Notes under the pieces: generated by a model
Databases searched by the model: none
What the model saw: the letters and a program-made list of their open reading frames with translations, nothing else
Told to the model about the DNA's origin: nothing
In this document: one piece after another, positions 46,158 to 55,978 of the stretch
Layout: each line of letters begins with the position of its first letter
How positions within the stretch are numbered: the stretch's first letter is position 1
Source of the DNA: an uncultured virus (IMG/VR IMGVR_UViG_3300010002_000006)
Taxonomy: Duplodnaviria; Heunggongvirae; Uroviricota; Caudoviricetes
Virus record (IMG/VR): IMGVR_UViG_3300010002_000006
Coordinates: 186,001 to 250,000 of that record
Length of the DNA: 64,000 nucleotides
Reading direction: 5' to 3' (one strand)
Made by a program: the position numbers and the translations under genes

Positions 46158-47630
46158 TTACTTGTCCTTGATCCAATAAGGTTTCTTACCGTTCACGACG
46201 ATTTCCATCAGTTCGTAAACAGTCAATGTATGTTTCTTAATATGCTCAGGGTTGTCATGCCAGAAGTACACGGTGTTAGCCAGGACGTCGTCCCAATCTA
46301 ATCCGCGCTCTTTACCCTTGCTGTAAAGCTCTGCTGGAGTGATGCGCCACTCTTCAGGGAAGTTCTCCCAGAAGGTTTGCATAAACCAGAGTTGCCACAC
46401 GATTTCAATGGCGCGCTTAAGCTTAGGATCGGCTTCCGGTCCCTCGAGCATATCACGCACAGTGGTACGCATAATTGATGCATCCGGCATCAGAGAACAG
46501 GCGTGACGAATTGCTGAACCTTCCAGACCAAAATACTTGTTGTCCTTCAATGAGTCATACATCGACAGCGACTCTAAGATCCCCTCTGCCTGACCCGCTA
46601 CAAACGCCAGGTCACCACCGGATGAACCCGACTTGTTACGGAACACCGTGGTGAAGTACTGAACCAGTTCCGGGTTAGAGCGGGCGTTAGAAGAGATCAA
46701 TGACTCTTTACCGCGTGGATACATGATAGAGTGATCCGGCTGCTTCATTGGCGTGCCTTTGATGATCTCAATACCGATGTGTGGTAATTTCAGCATGGCT
46801 TTAGGGGCGGCCAGCTTTTTGTTGTGACGCAGGAAGGTGGAGTCCTTCTCTTTCGGCTTACCGTCCATATTGATGACGTCAGCAGATTGTGCAATCCAGT
46901 ACGAACGCAGACCCACACGTGGACCCAGGATACAGGTGTCGGTCATCAGAATACGACGCAGGTTCCCGATCTCCATGTCACGGGTACGCTTCTTGCCGCC
47001 TTCATCCATCTCACCTTCATCGAACTGTTTGAACATCAAGGTATCAAACAAGATCTCAGAGATGGAGTCAAAGATGAACACGATCGGGTGCATGACCTGA
47101 ATGAACTTCTGACCCTTTTCAGACCAGAATGGGGTGTTCATCCACAGCTGACGATAGGCTTCCTGATCGGCCTTGTCTTTGCTCTCACTCAGTGCCGTGA
47201 TGGTTTTGTAGATTTCAATGACTTTGTTGTGCAGCGCCGTACCATCGATACCTGCTGAGTTTGGCATGTAGAAGAAACGCTTATCTTCAATGTGCTCAGC
47301 AAAGTAACCTTCGATCCCGAACAGACGGTCAACTTCTTCGGCCAGACGCGAGATATCCAGCGTGGACTCAGAGTCACCGTACAGAATGATAGCGTGCTGG
47401 AAACGATACAGAGTTGCGGCAACATCTTTTACCGTCTTACCGGTTTTTTGCGTGTTGTTTCCGCCTGCCAGGGCATTGATTGGCATTAAGCCACCGTTCT
47501 GATACCACACGCCATCACGACCTTTAATCATCGCCGTGGTGACCATATCAAAGATCGGAGAAGTGTTAAAACCAATTTGTAAGTTAGACTCGGCACCGTA
47601 GTCTTTTAAGAAATTTAATGCGCTCAGCAT
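46158..47630 (-). CDS. uvsX: UvsX/RecA-like recombinase (phiKZ gp152-like)
   Basis: Likely start MLSALNF at 47630; NGGL, Walker A-like GGNNTQKT, YGDSEST, Walker B FIFDSIS, RNKSGSSG. Confidence 0.8.
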   Translation of the reverse strand: MLSALNFLKDYGAESNLQIGFNTSPIFDMVTTAMIKGRDGVWYQNGGLMPINALAGGNNTQKTGKTVKDVAATLYRFQHAIILYGDSESTLDISRLAEEVDRLFGIEGYFAEHIEDKRFFYMPNSAGIDGTALHNKVIEIYKTITALSESKDKADQEAYRQLWMNTPFWSEKGQKFIQVMHPIVFIFDSISEILFDTLMFKQFDEGEMDEGGKKRTRDMEIGNLRRILMTDTCILGPRVGLRSYWIAQSADVINMDGKPKEKDSTFLRHNKKLAAPKAMLKLPHIGIEIIKGTPMKQPDHSIMYPRGKESLISSNARSNPELVQYFTTVFRNKSGSSGGDLAFVAGQAEGILESLSMYDSLKDNKYFGLEGSAIRHACSLMPDASIMRTTVRDMLEGPEADPKLKRAIEIVWQLWFMQTFWENFPEEWRITPAELYSKGKERGLDWDDVLANTVYFWHDNPEHIKKHTLTVYELMEIVVNGKKPYWIKDK

Positions 47631-47697
47631 TGTCAAGCCCTTTTTGTTAAATGTTATGAAACGTTTCTTGTTACACACTAGTGGAGTTTGCCATAGC

Positions 47698-48483
47698 ATG
47701 TCTACCGATATTAATACGCCTGAAACAGTTACGGGAAATGAAGCCCTAACTGTGGGTGAGAAATTAGGTTCTTTCTTTAAAGAACTGAGCGTGGGAATTG
47801 ATTCCTTCAACGCTAAAACTTTCAACAAATCTATTCATAAATTAGACGGGATTGAGATCTGGAATAAACTTGGCGCGGCCAATAATTATTTCGATGTGTC
47901 TACCAAACATATCCCGACTCCAGTATTCTTTAACCCGAACAAGGTAACGTTCGCAGACTTCGTCACTTATGTGTTGGGTGCCGTCCCAATTCTGAAGTTA
48001 ATCGACGGTCAAGCGGACATGGTCTACAGCGGTTTAAAGAGCCTGGCTGCTACCGGGAAGATGCCGTTTAGCATCAGCCAGCTTGACACCAGTTATCAGA
48101 TCAACGAAGCCCGTGGTCGCTTTAAAGACGTGATGGAAGATACCCGCGTCTATACCCGTGCGGTCAATGAAGTCTACCCTAACTTCTCCGGCGCTTATGC
48201 CCTGATGAAACAGTTCAATGATGTCACTGACAGCCTGAAGTCACGTGATGTGGAACTGGCGGCCAAACGCGGAGATCAGGTGATCTATATCCTGAAACTG
48301 TTAAAGCCAAAGATCGACGCCAGCCAGGTAATTCTGACTCCTCGCGAAATCGAACTGGTTAACAGTACGGTACGTAATCTGATCGATAACATTAACTTTA
48401 CCGGTTTGATGTTGTCTCAGCTCAGCGAGCTCACTGCAGTATTGAAGCTGCAGGTCAAAGAAGCTGTTAAATTGATGCCGTAA
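47698..48483 (+). CDS. Probable processed head protein
   Basis: Likely start MSTDINTPETVTGNEAL (GGAG RBS); N-terminal TGNE maturation-type site. Confidence 0.65.
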   Translation: MSTDINTPETVTGNEALTVGEKLGSFFKELSVGIDSFNAKTFNKSIHKLDGIEIWNKLGAANNYFDVSTKHIPTPVFFNPNKVTFADFVTYVLGAVPILKLIDGQADMVYSGLKSLAATGKMPFSISQLDTSYQINEARGRFKDVMEDTRVYTRAVNEVYPNFSGAYALMKQFNDVTDSLKSRDVELAAKRGDQVIYILKLLKPKIDASQVILTPREIELVNSTVRNLIDNINFTGLMLSQLSELTAVLKLQVKEAVKLMP

Positions 48484-48499
48484 CAAAATAAATAATTAT

Positions 48500-48529
48500 C
48501 CCTTACCCTCCGGTTAGGAAGGGTAAGGG
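48500..48529. terminator. Bidirectional hairpin terminator
   Basis: CCCTTACCCT...AGGGTAAGGG between convergent genes. Confidence 0.7.
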
Positions 48530-48535
48530 GTGTTA

Positions 48536-49672
48536 TTATGCTTTAAAGACGTGCGGGGTATCCAGCAGTGACAGACGAATTGCCAGCACCCGCTCAAATC
48601 CCTGGGAGTAGTTTTCGATCAGTGGGCCGGTGATACCCTGAAGTGCTGGGGTAACCACTTTGTTATCGGCCCGACCAAACACTGCAAACGTATCCAGATC
48701 GATGGAATAAACTTCAACACCTTCTTCCAGTGGGATGTTCTCCAGCAGTTTAAAGATCTTGTCGACTTCCTGATCCAACACTTTGAAGCACGCCACGTTG
48801 TTTGGTGTTTCTTTACCGGCTGAGCTCCAGTCATCACGACCCCCAAAGGAGATGTAATTGACATTCTGATCAAAGAACGATTTCAGGAACACGTGGTTGA
48901 CCAGCTTTTCCACATAACGTGTCAGGTATTCGCTGCCCGCAATACGCTTGGAGTTGAACATCACGCGCAGTGCGTCGTTCAAGTGATCCAGGTGAGCCAC
49001 AATCTTTTTACCCACGTTCGGGAAGTAGGTCGCCAGATCTTCCGGCGTGATTGGGGTGCGTTCAATCACGATCTCTTTTCCGGTGGTGTTAATCGGCGGC
49101 ACTTTATCAAAGCCTAACTGCAGATTCACCTCACGGCCCAGTGGACTGGTAAAGGTCATGATACCATCGAAGTCTTTGACCACGTTACCGTCAAGGGCGA
49201 CCACGTTCATCTCTTCGTTGGCGAGCTTGGCAATGGTGCGAATAGAATCGGTCACTACACGCATCAAGCCCGATACACGGGATTCAGTTTCAATGAAGTC
49301 CTGAGACTCCAGCTGATAGAATCCGTCATCGCTTTCAGTACTGAACTCACGGCCTTCGAAGTCAATGGCGTGACGCACACGCACCGCATTGTCCACATCT
49401 TCTTCAGACGCTGCCATTTCCAGATAGATTTCGATCTCTGGCTCTTCACGACGACCCAGCGCCAGTTTGAACTTGTTGTAGATATCGCGCTTGATGTAGA
49501 AGTTTTTGTCGCCCAGCGATACTTTGTAACAATCCCGCCACGGCAGCTCAACTTCCGCATAATGGCTGGGATCTGCCACATTCAATTGCAACTGCTTGGC
49601 AAATAGAAACAGGTTGTAATGCGCTTCATTTTTAAAATCGATTTCGTGGATACTTAATTCTTTCATTCTCAC
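48536..49672 (-). CDS. Hypothetical protein
   Basis: 378 aa, acidic, biased codon usage; start may be the ATG at 49666. Confidence 0.75.
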   Translation of the reverse strand: MRMKELSIHEIDFKNEAHYNLFLFAKQLQLNVADPSHYAEVELPWRDCYKVSLGDKNFYIKRDIYNKFKLALGRREEPEIEIYLEMAASEEDVDNAVRVRHAIDFEGREFSTESDDGFYQLESQDFIETESRVSGLMRVVTDSIRTIAKLANEEMNVVALDGNVVKDFDGIMTFTSPLGREVNLQLGFDKVPPINTTGKEIVIERTPITPEDLATYFPNVGKKIVAHLDHLNDALRVMFNSKRIAGSEYLTRYVEKLVNHVFLKSFFDQNVNYISFGGRDDWSSAGKETPNNVACFKVLDQEVDKIFKLLENIPLEEGVEVYSIDLDTFAVFGRADNKVVTPALQGITGPLIENYSQGFERVLAIRLSLLDTPHVFKA

Positions 49673-49683
49673 AGGTCCCTATT

Positions 49684-51792
49684 ATGGATTTCTTTAACTT
49701 TTCGCCAAGCGTAGAAAAGGTCGGTTCTTACTATGTGGTAACCGGTATAAATTTAAACGCACTGGAGTTAGACTTACGCAATAACTTCGGTACGTCGGTG
49801 ATCTTTAACCGGATCATTGTGAAACTAAACAACCGGCGTTTTCGTATTCACCAGTTCTTCATTGTTGAGCTTGCCTGGATTCTGGATCACTTCACCACCA
49901 ACAAGAATAAACGTCAGGTGGATCGCTATCGGGTCGGGATGTACAAGTATAAAGCGTTGTTTGACGAGATCAAAGCCAAGACCTGGGTCAAGTCTACCTT
50001 TGAGCAACACACCCCGTATGATGTCAACAAGGCGCTGAAAAAGTTCAACCTGACGCCGTACGCCGACCAACGTGAATTCCTGGAAGATTACGCCCGCATT
50101 AAATTCGGTTATCAACTGCGCGGTTGTTTGTTAGACGCCGAACCCGGCTCCGGTAAAACATTCACCAGCCTGGTGTGGGCAGAGATGATCTCTCCTTATA
50201 AGACTGTGATTGTAGTACCAAAACATTTGGTCAACAAACCCTGGGTTGACGAGATGACTAACAAGTACTTCAAGGTCGCTCCGAAGATCTGGACCTCGTT
50301 GGACGGCACTGATCCCCTGAAACACACTGATGCAGACTATTTCATTATCTACAAAGAAAACCTGCGCAGTGGTGAGTACGATACCCTGCTCACTACCATC
50401 TCTAAGAATGGCAAAGAGCCAGTGAAGATCATTGTGGATGAATCGCATAACTACAATGAATTCAAATCTCAGCAGTCACGAGGTTTGATGGAGTTAGGTT
50501 CGCATCCGTGTGTATCTGACGTACTCTTTATGTCAGGAACGCCAATCAAGGCACAGGGTCGGGAAACGTTTGTGCTCTTTAATGTCATCGACAAGTTCTT
50601 TGATAAATATGTTCACGATGACTTTAACAAGATGTACGGCCGTGACAACGCCTTCTTAAATGAGATGTTGGCGCACCGACTGGGACGTATCAAATACACC
50701 ATCTCCAAAGTCACCGGCATGGGTCGTCCGCCTGAACCGATCATTGTACCGGTGAAGTTCGATGGGGCGGAGAAGTACACCTTAAACTCCATCCGCGCCA
50801 TGATGATGGACTTTATCTCGGAGCGCGTGGATTACTACCAGAAAGTCATGCCGCAGTACCTGGATGACTGGAACGCGTATGTGAACCAATACCGGATGTG
50901 GATTCGCGGGGATGCACTGGAAGAAGCCCAGCTTCAACAGTATGTGGATACGGTAGAGTACTTTCGTAAACACGGGTTCAATAACTTTACCGATGCCGAT
51001 AAATCAAAGTTCTGCCACACAGTGGAAGCCAAGATTGAAAATGAGTTACGAGGTGATGATCTCAAACACTTCCGTAACATCAAGTCAGCGGTGAAGTACC
51101 TGAGCTTGAAGATCCGTGGAGAAGCTCTGGGACGCGTTCTGTCGCGTGCAAGGATGGAAGCCGTACGTGACATCATTATGCATGCTAATCTGCCGGCTAT
51201 GATCAACGCAGTGGCTAAGAAGACGGTGATCTATACCTCTTACATCGAGGTGATCAAAGAACTCACGGCATACTTCGATGAGCTGAATATCAAGAGTGGT
51301 TATGTCCACGGCGAGAACAGCAAAGACATCGACAAGGTCGTGGATGAGTTTGCCAAAGATAAAAACTTTAACCCACTGATTACCACCTACAACACCCTGC
51401 GTGAAGGGTACCCGTTGTTGATGGCAAACCAGTTGATCTTGATGAACTCTCCGTTCCGTTCTTATGAACTGAAACAGACCATCGCCCGTATCTTCCGTGA
51501 TGGACAAGATATGGAATGTTTCGTTTATCTGATCGATCTGGATACGGGTAACGAAGAGAACATCACCTCTCGCTCTATCGACATTATGGAGTGGAGTAAA
51601 GAGCAGGTTGATGTGTTACTGGGTGGTGGTAAACTTCCAACCGCAGTGAAAGGATTTGCGTTGGCAGCGAAAGGAAATTGGTGGGATATGATTACGGGTA
51701 ACGAAGGGTTTGTGCAACCTGAGTTTGCAGCCCATGAACATACCGACCATCAAGTTCAGTTCAAACATGCAACCGCAAATGACCTTTTCTAA
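49684..51792 (+). CDS. SF2 (SNF2/DEAD-like) helicase, probably virion-packaged
   Basis: AEPGSGKT, IIVDESH, MSGTP, LREG and QTIARIFRDGQ motifs; C-terminal ITGNEGF. Confidence 0.9.
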   Translation: MDFFNFSPSVEKVGSYYVVTGINLNALELDLRNNFGTSVIFNRIIVKLNNRRFRIHQFFIVELAWILDHFTTNKNKRQVDRYRVGMYKYKALFDEIKAKTWVKSTFEQHTPYDVNKALKKFNLTPYADQREFLEDYARIKFGYQLRGCLLDAEPGSGKTFTSLVWAEMISPYKTVIVVPKHLVNKPWVDEMTNKYFKVAPKIWTSLDGTDPLKHTDADYFIIYKENLRSGEYDTLLTTISKNGKEPVKIIVDESHNYNEFKSQQSRGLMELGSHPCVSDVLFMSGTPIKAQGRETFVLFNVIDKFFDKYVHDDFNKMYGRDNAFLNEMLAHRLGRIKYTISKVTGMGRPPEPIIVPVKFDGAEKYTLNSIRAMMMDFISERVDYYQKVMPQYLDDWNAYVNQYRMWIRGDALEEAQLQQYVDTVEYFRKHGFNNFTDADKSKFCHTVEAKIENELRGDDLKHFRNIKSAVKYLSLKIRGEALGRVLSRARMEAVRDIIMHANLPAMINAVAKKTVIYTSYIEVIKELTAYFDELNIKSGYVHGENSKDIDKVVDEFAKDKNFNPLITTYNTLREGYPLLMANQLILMNSPFRSYELKQTIARIFRDGQDMECFVYLIDLDTGNEENITSRSIDIMEWSKEQVDVLLGGGKLPTAVKGFALAAKGNWWDMITGNEGFVQPEFAAHEHTDHQVQFKHATANDLF

Positions 51793-51797
51793 TTGAT

Positions 51798-51823
51798 TCC
51801 TGCCTGCCGAAAGGTGGGTAGGA
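51798..51823 (+). terminator. Intrinsic terminator
   Basis: TCCTGCCTGCC-gaaa-GGTGGGTAGGA (with G-U pairs) followed by TCTTTTG. Confidence 0.7.
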
Positions 51824-51866
51824 TCTTTTGTTATTTACTCTTCATTTACTTAAGGATACCACCGGT

Positions 51867-52856
51867 ATGAGCTTTTCTGACATTGAACATTTTGGCACCA
51901 TGATTGCAGGTTGTGAGGCACTGCGTTTAGGGGATCGTCGCTCTGCGGATGCGCGTTATGCACATTCAGTATTAAAACTGCACGAAGTGGATATGGGTGC
52001 AGTGGCTGGTAATGAAAGCTTTATGAAAGCGATTACCAATGCCGGCAATCGTCTCTATGAGATGATCAAGAACTTCATCAAAAGCATCAAAGACTTTTTC
52101 TTTGGCTCCAAAGGGTCGAAGCAAGAAGTTGCGGTGAAGAAAGCCGAAGAAGGTATCAAAGACAGCGCCAAAGAGATCAAGGCCGCGGTCAGTAAGTCCG
52201 GCGGTGACGGCATGGGAAATTCTGACCTGGCTGAAGGTATCCGTAAAGCCCGCAACTCAGCAGAGTCACTGAGCGCGGTGTTATCCGGTGAAGGCGTGCT
52301 GGTGAGTTTTGACAGTATTCTTGAGAACAACCATTTCGAGATGGGCGATAACTTTGATCTGATTAATTCATCTCACGAACTCATGATTGGCATGTCACCT
52401 AAAAACTACCGACTGGATGACATTAAAAAGGACATTCGCGACTTCCTGGATTCGATGAAGAAAGCAGGCGGTATGGACAACTCATCTGCAAACTCAGTGA
52501 TTCTCGCCAGCGCGGCTAACGGTGAACTGGGTGCAGCGAAATTGGGTGGTATCTACCGCAATGCCCGTCTGGGTCTGGGACAAGTCAACAAAGACTTAGA
52601 AAGTGCCAACGAGAAATTTAAACGCTATGAAGCAGCAGAGAACGAAAAAGGCGTTGAGCTCGCGCGCAAACTGCTGCTGGTACTCGGCAAAATCGGCACC
52701 CGTCTTACCAATCTCATCCGCCTCTGCTTAAAGGTCCTGGGTGAGATCGATAAAAAGATGAACTCAATCATGGCCAGTCTGGAACTGGAAACCAACACCG
52801 CCAAAGCCAATGAGCTTATGGAAGCCTTTGAAGCTACCCGTCATTTCGGCATGTAA
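51867..52856 (+). CDS. Inner head (ejection) protein paralogue 1
   Basis: Likely start MSFSDIE; AGCE and AGNE sites, then amphipathic LYEMIKNFIKSIKDFFFG. Confidence 0.7.
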   Translation: MSFSDIEHFGTMIAGCEALRLGDRRSADARYAHSVLKLHEVDMGAVAGNESFMKAITNAGNRLYEMIKNFIKSIKDFFFGSKGSKQEVAVKKAEEGIKDSAKEIKAAVSKSGGDGMGNSDLAEGIRKARNSAESLSAVLSGEGVLVSFDSILENNHFEMGDNFDLINSSHELMIGMSPKNYRLDDIKKDIRDFLDSMKKAGGMDNSSANSVILASAANGELGAAKLGGIYRNARLGLGQVNKDLESANEKFKRYEAAENEKGVELARKLLLVLGKIGTRLTNLIRLCLKVLGEIDKKMNSIMASLELETNTAKANELMEAFEATRHFGM

Positions 52857-52861
52857 CATTC

Positions 52862-52890
52862 TCCTCTATACCCCTAACAGGTATAGAGGA
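52862..52890 (+). terminator. Hairpin terminator
   Basis: TCCTCTATACC-cctaaca-GGTATAGAGGA followed by TTATTTGTT. Confidence 0.7.
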
Positions 52891-52924
52891 TTATTTGTTA
52901 TCTCCTCTCTTATAAAGGTTTATT

Positions 52925-53965
52925 ATGGAACGTTCTTTTGCAAGTTTAGCAGGCTTCGAACACGAAGCAGAATTACTCGCTGGTTATGATGATCTGCTCG
53001 CCCACCGGGATGAAAAGAAAGAAAAAACGCCTGAGGCAGTTTATACTGAAACGGTGTTGAAGTTAGAAGCCGGGACTTATGGCATCGTGGATGGACAGGA
53101 AGGCTTCCTGGAGAACATCAAGCGTGGTGCCACTAAAGTTTACGAGTGGATTAAGTCTGTGATTAAAGCCATCCGAGATTGGTTGTTCGGTGCTAAAAAG
53201 AAAGACTACGACGCTGCTGCTAAGAACTTAAAAGATCTGGATGCCAATACCGATATTAAAAAGCTCGGTAAAGACGGTATCGCTGGACTCGCCTCTGAAT
53301 ATAAGGAATTGGCGGCGAACTTGAATAGAATCACCAGTAGCGATAAAATAGTTATTGATGATAATATCAAGAAGACACTTGCCGAACCTGAGTTCACTGC
53401 CAAACTCTCTAACAAGCGCACCGAGATGATCGAACAGATCACTAATCGCGCTAAGCGTCAACTGGATATGATTGGTAACGCCATTACCGAGATTACCCGA
53501 GTTGACCCAACGGGTGAGGCCCTGAAAAAATTAGGCATTGGCGGTAGCGGATGGGGTAAGTTTAATAGTGGTGCCGATCTTCAAGATGAGCTGGATAAAG
53601 TTACCCGAAGCTTGGATCGTACCAACGAGAAGCAATTTTCAAGTGTAATAAAGGAAATTGTTCAAATCACTGACGACGTCTATTCAGCGATGGTTGAAGG
53701 AACTTCCACGCTTCAAAAATTAAATGAAGCTGCCAAAGGTCATGAGGGAGAAGAGCGGGCAATGACCCGTGCTGCAAACGTACTAAAACATTTTGGTACC
53801 GTTTCTAACGCATTGCGTAATCTGGTTATCACCATTGATTCACAGATTGAGAAAACCCTTAAATCAGATGAAAGTGATCTTGTTAAAGAAGCGCTGCGAG
53901 AAGCTAAAAATGAAGTGTCTCCTGCCGCTGCAGATTACATCAACATCATGACTAATGCAATGTAA
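52925..53965 (+). CDS. Inner head (ejection) protein paralogue 2
   Basis: AGFE and DGQE sites; VYEWIKSVIKAIRDWLFG; N-terminal region aligns with 51867. Confidence 0.7.
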   Translation: MERSFASLAGFEHEAELLAGYDDLLAHRDEKKEKTPEAVYTETVLKLEAGTYGIVDGQEGFLENIKRGATKVYEWIKSVIKAIRDWLFGAKKKDYDAAAKNLKDLDANTDIKKLGKDGIAGLASEYKELAANLNRITSSDKIVIDDNIKKTLAEPEFTAKLSNKRTEMIEQITNRAKRQLDMIGNAITEITRVDPTGEALKKLGIGGSGWGKFNSGADLQDELDKVTRSLDRTNEKQFSSVIKEIVQITDDVYSAMVEGTSTLQKLNEAAKGHEGEERAMTRAANVLKHFGTVSNALRNLVITIDSQIEKTLKSDESDLVKEALREAKNEVSPAAADYINIMTNAM

Positions 53966-53988
53966 ATAAGAAATAAACAACCTTACAA

Positions 53989-54016
53989 CCCTCTACTCCC
54001 GTGAAGGAGTAGAGGG
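53989..54016. terminator. Bidirectional terminator (CTACTC-stem family)
   Basis: CCCTCTACTCC-cgtgaa-GGAGTAGAGGG. Confidence 0.8.
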
Positions 54017-54041
54017 CCTGAGTAAAGTAAAGAAATTACTG

Positions 54042-55463
54042 CTATTTGCCTAATTCTTTTAGGCTATATACACGCAGGTTTGCGATACTGTTTGAATGGA
54101 TGTAATCGAAATCAGGTGTGCTGACAATGGTGCAATACGACACGCCTGCGGGATCGTTGAAGTCCAAAGCTAAGAACACTTTGATCTCTTCCACTTTCTC
54201 AACGATTAAACTGTTCATCGAGTTACGCTCTGGCGTATCATACTTGATTGACAAGTTGATCTTAACCGGCGCAACGCAACCTGGTGCATTAATTTTAATG
54301 GGTACTGTTAAGGTGTTATTGGTGAAGTCTGGATGCAACTTCCACTTGCCCTTGGGATCTTTCACAAAGAACGTGTCGGTGATATCCACAAACTGGTTCT
54401 GTTTGAACCAACCGTTTTCGTCACGCTTTAAGAAGAAGCGGTGGATATAATCCAGACGAATGTGTGCATCACGAATACGGTAGCTTAATCCTGGCGGATC
54501 AATGAACTCAACCAGGGCTGCATCTTCGGTGTTCCCTACCGTCATCGGTGCAATCAGATCTTTCTTGTTAAAGACACCGGGAATGGTATCAATGACACGA
54601 GCAATCTCTTTGCTTTTGATAAAGTTCAAGTTACCCGCTGACATGATGTTATACGGGTTAGGCTTGTTCCGACGACAGAAGTCAAACAACTTATCCAATA
54701 CCGGAATAGGTTGCTTGGTATAGAGGGTGGAGTAGTAGACATCCGGGGTGGCTTTCCCGTAGTAGTTCTTATCCGGGTCAACCCGACCAAAGGTGTATTT
54801 CCGATACCCTTGTTCATCAACCTGTTCAAACTCGCTCTTGTCCCCGGTGTTGAAATACCAACGGGTCGCAGTCACCAGTTTGTTGAAGCCGACTTCGGGA
54901 TCTTTATACGCTTTGAGGTCCATCTTGTCCAGCTTGATCGCATCAGAGGTCGGTAACTCAGAAAGAGCACCGGCTAACTCCAATTGCTTGTGGGCAACTT
55001 TGGGACCTTCGCCGCCTTTGGCGTAGTACTCGATATCAATGACGATATCTTTTTTGTGTGCCTCGAAGATGGCGTGCACACGTTGAAATAACTCTGCATC
55101 CAAGCTGTCGGGGTGACGACCGGCCAATACCATTTTGTGTCCTTTGACACAGTTGGTAATCACCAGCAATTTGTCGCCGTCGACTTTGTTTCCAATCCAC
55201 TCATTCATAATGAGTTCGAGCTGTAGCAGAAACGCGGCCGTTTCGTTAGCCTGATTCAAGACGCGACCGTTGTAGATATCGACCATATCCACTGGGATAC
55301 TTTGATAGTTCCCGTTCACGAAATAACCGTAAACGGACGGTACGTCTTTATTCAGCTTCCGTTTGCTTTCCTTGGTTCGATCATAGGAATATCCATGACC
55401 ACCGGCAAGGCCCACGTTTTTCTCTTTAACGAATGAGCTGACAATATAGTAAACAATGTTCAT
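54042..55463 (-). CDS. RNase H-fold protein (phiKZ gp155-like), apparently catalytically degenerate
   Basis: 473 aa; GGHGYSY, RWYFNT, YYGKATPD and final ANLR features recalled from this family; synteny. Confidence 0.65.
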   Translation of the reverse strand: MNIVYYIVSSFVKEKNVGLAGGHGYSYDRTKESKRKLNKDVPSVYGYFVNGNYQSIPVDMVDIYNGRVLNQANETAAFLLQLELIMNEWIGNKVDGDKLLVITNCVKGHKMVLAGRHPDSLDAELFQRVHAIFEAHKKDIVIDIEYYAKGGEGPKVAHKQLELAGALSELPTSDAIKLDKMDLKAYKDPEVGFNKLVTATRWYFNTGDKSEFEQVDEQGYRKYTFGRVDPDKNYYGKATPDVYYSTLYTKQPIPVLDKLFDFCRRNKPNPYNIMSAGNLNFIKSKEIARVIDTIPGVFNKKDLIAPMTVGNTEDAALVEFIDPPGLSYRIRDAHIRLDYIHRFFLKRDENGWFKQNQFVDITDTFFVKDPKGKWKLHPDFTNNTLTVPIKINAPGCVAPVKINLSIKYDTPERNSMNSLIVEKVEEIKVFLALDFNDPAGVSYCTIVSTPDFDYIHSNSIANLRVYSLKELGK

Positions 55464-55518
55464 CTGGTATACCTGACGTTTTTGTTATGTAACATCCTAT
55501 TCACGTCCTTGTGTTATT

Positions 55519-55929
55519 TTATTTCTTCTTCCGAGTGAGCTTGTCATTCAGCTCTTTGTTCTCAAGTTTAAGTGCGGCATTAGCTTCCAACAGATCATGA
55601 ATATCTGATTCCATCTCTTTCAGCTTTCCATTTTTCTTTTGGATCTCGCCATACTGGTCGGTGTTGATACGAAATAGCTGGTTCATGTTTTCCTGTTGTG
55701 TGCCCATGAAGGTATCGATCTTCTCCACAGAACGTTCCAGGTCATTCATGTACCAACCGGTGACGATATATTTAGCTGTCATCGTCGCACCCATAATCGC
55801 CATCATGAGGGCAAACAGAAGTACCTTTTTCAGGAGGTGTTCTTGTTTTTCTTCGTAGGTGGTACCTTTGGATACGCGAATAAGATAGCTAATGATCCTG
55901 CTGGTTAATTCCCTAAGAAAAATGTTCAT
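55519..55929 (-). CDS. Membrane protein with a C-terminal coiled coil
   Basis: 136 aa; hydrophobic VLLFALMMAIMGATMTA, then a heptad-rich helix. Confidence 0.7.
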   Translation of the reverse strand: MNIFLRELTSRIISYLIRVSKGTTYEEKQEHLLKKVLLFALMMAIMGATMTAKYIVTGWYMNDLERSVEKIDTFMGTQQENMNQLFRINTDQYGEIQKKNGKLKEMESDIHDLLEANAALKLENKELNDKLTRKKK

Positions 55930-55978
55930 TGCTGCGCTTCCACCAAATTAATTGTGTATTATAGCTAAAGGTTAATCT

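Noticed and set aside
46158..47630. Non-canonical Walker A (GGNNTQKT) as a sign of an inactive recombinase
   Set aside because: Lys-Thr, the catalytic Glu (DSE) and Walker B are present; a non-Gly residue before Lys is, as I recall, usual in UvsX-type proteins
47631..47828. N-terminal extension of the recombinase ORF and of the 47644 ORF
   Set aside because: The two extensions overlap head-to-head; starts at 47630 and 47698 leave a normal divergent gap
55519..55929. i-spanin/o-spanin pair
   Set aside because: TM plus coiled coil fits an i-spanin, but I found no overlapping or adjacent lipobox ORF; left unassigned
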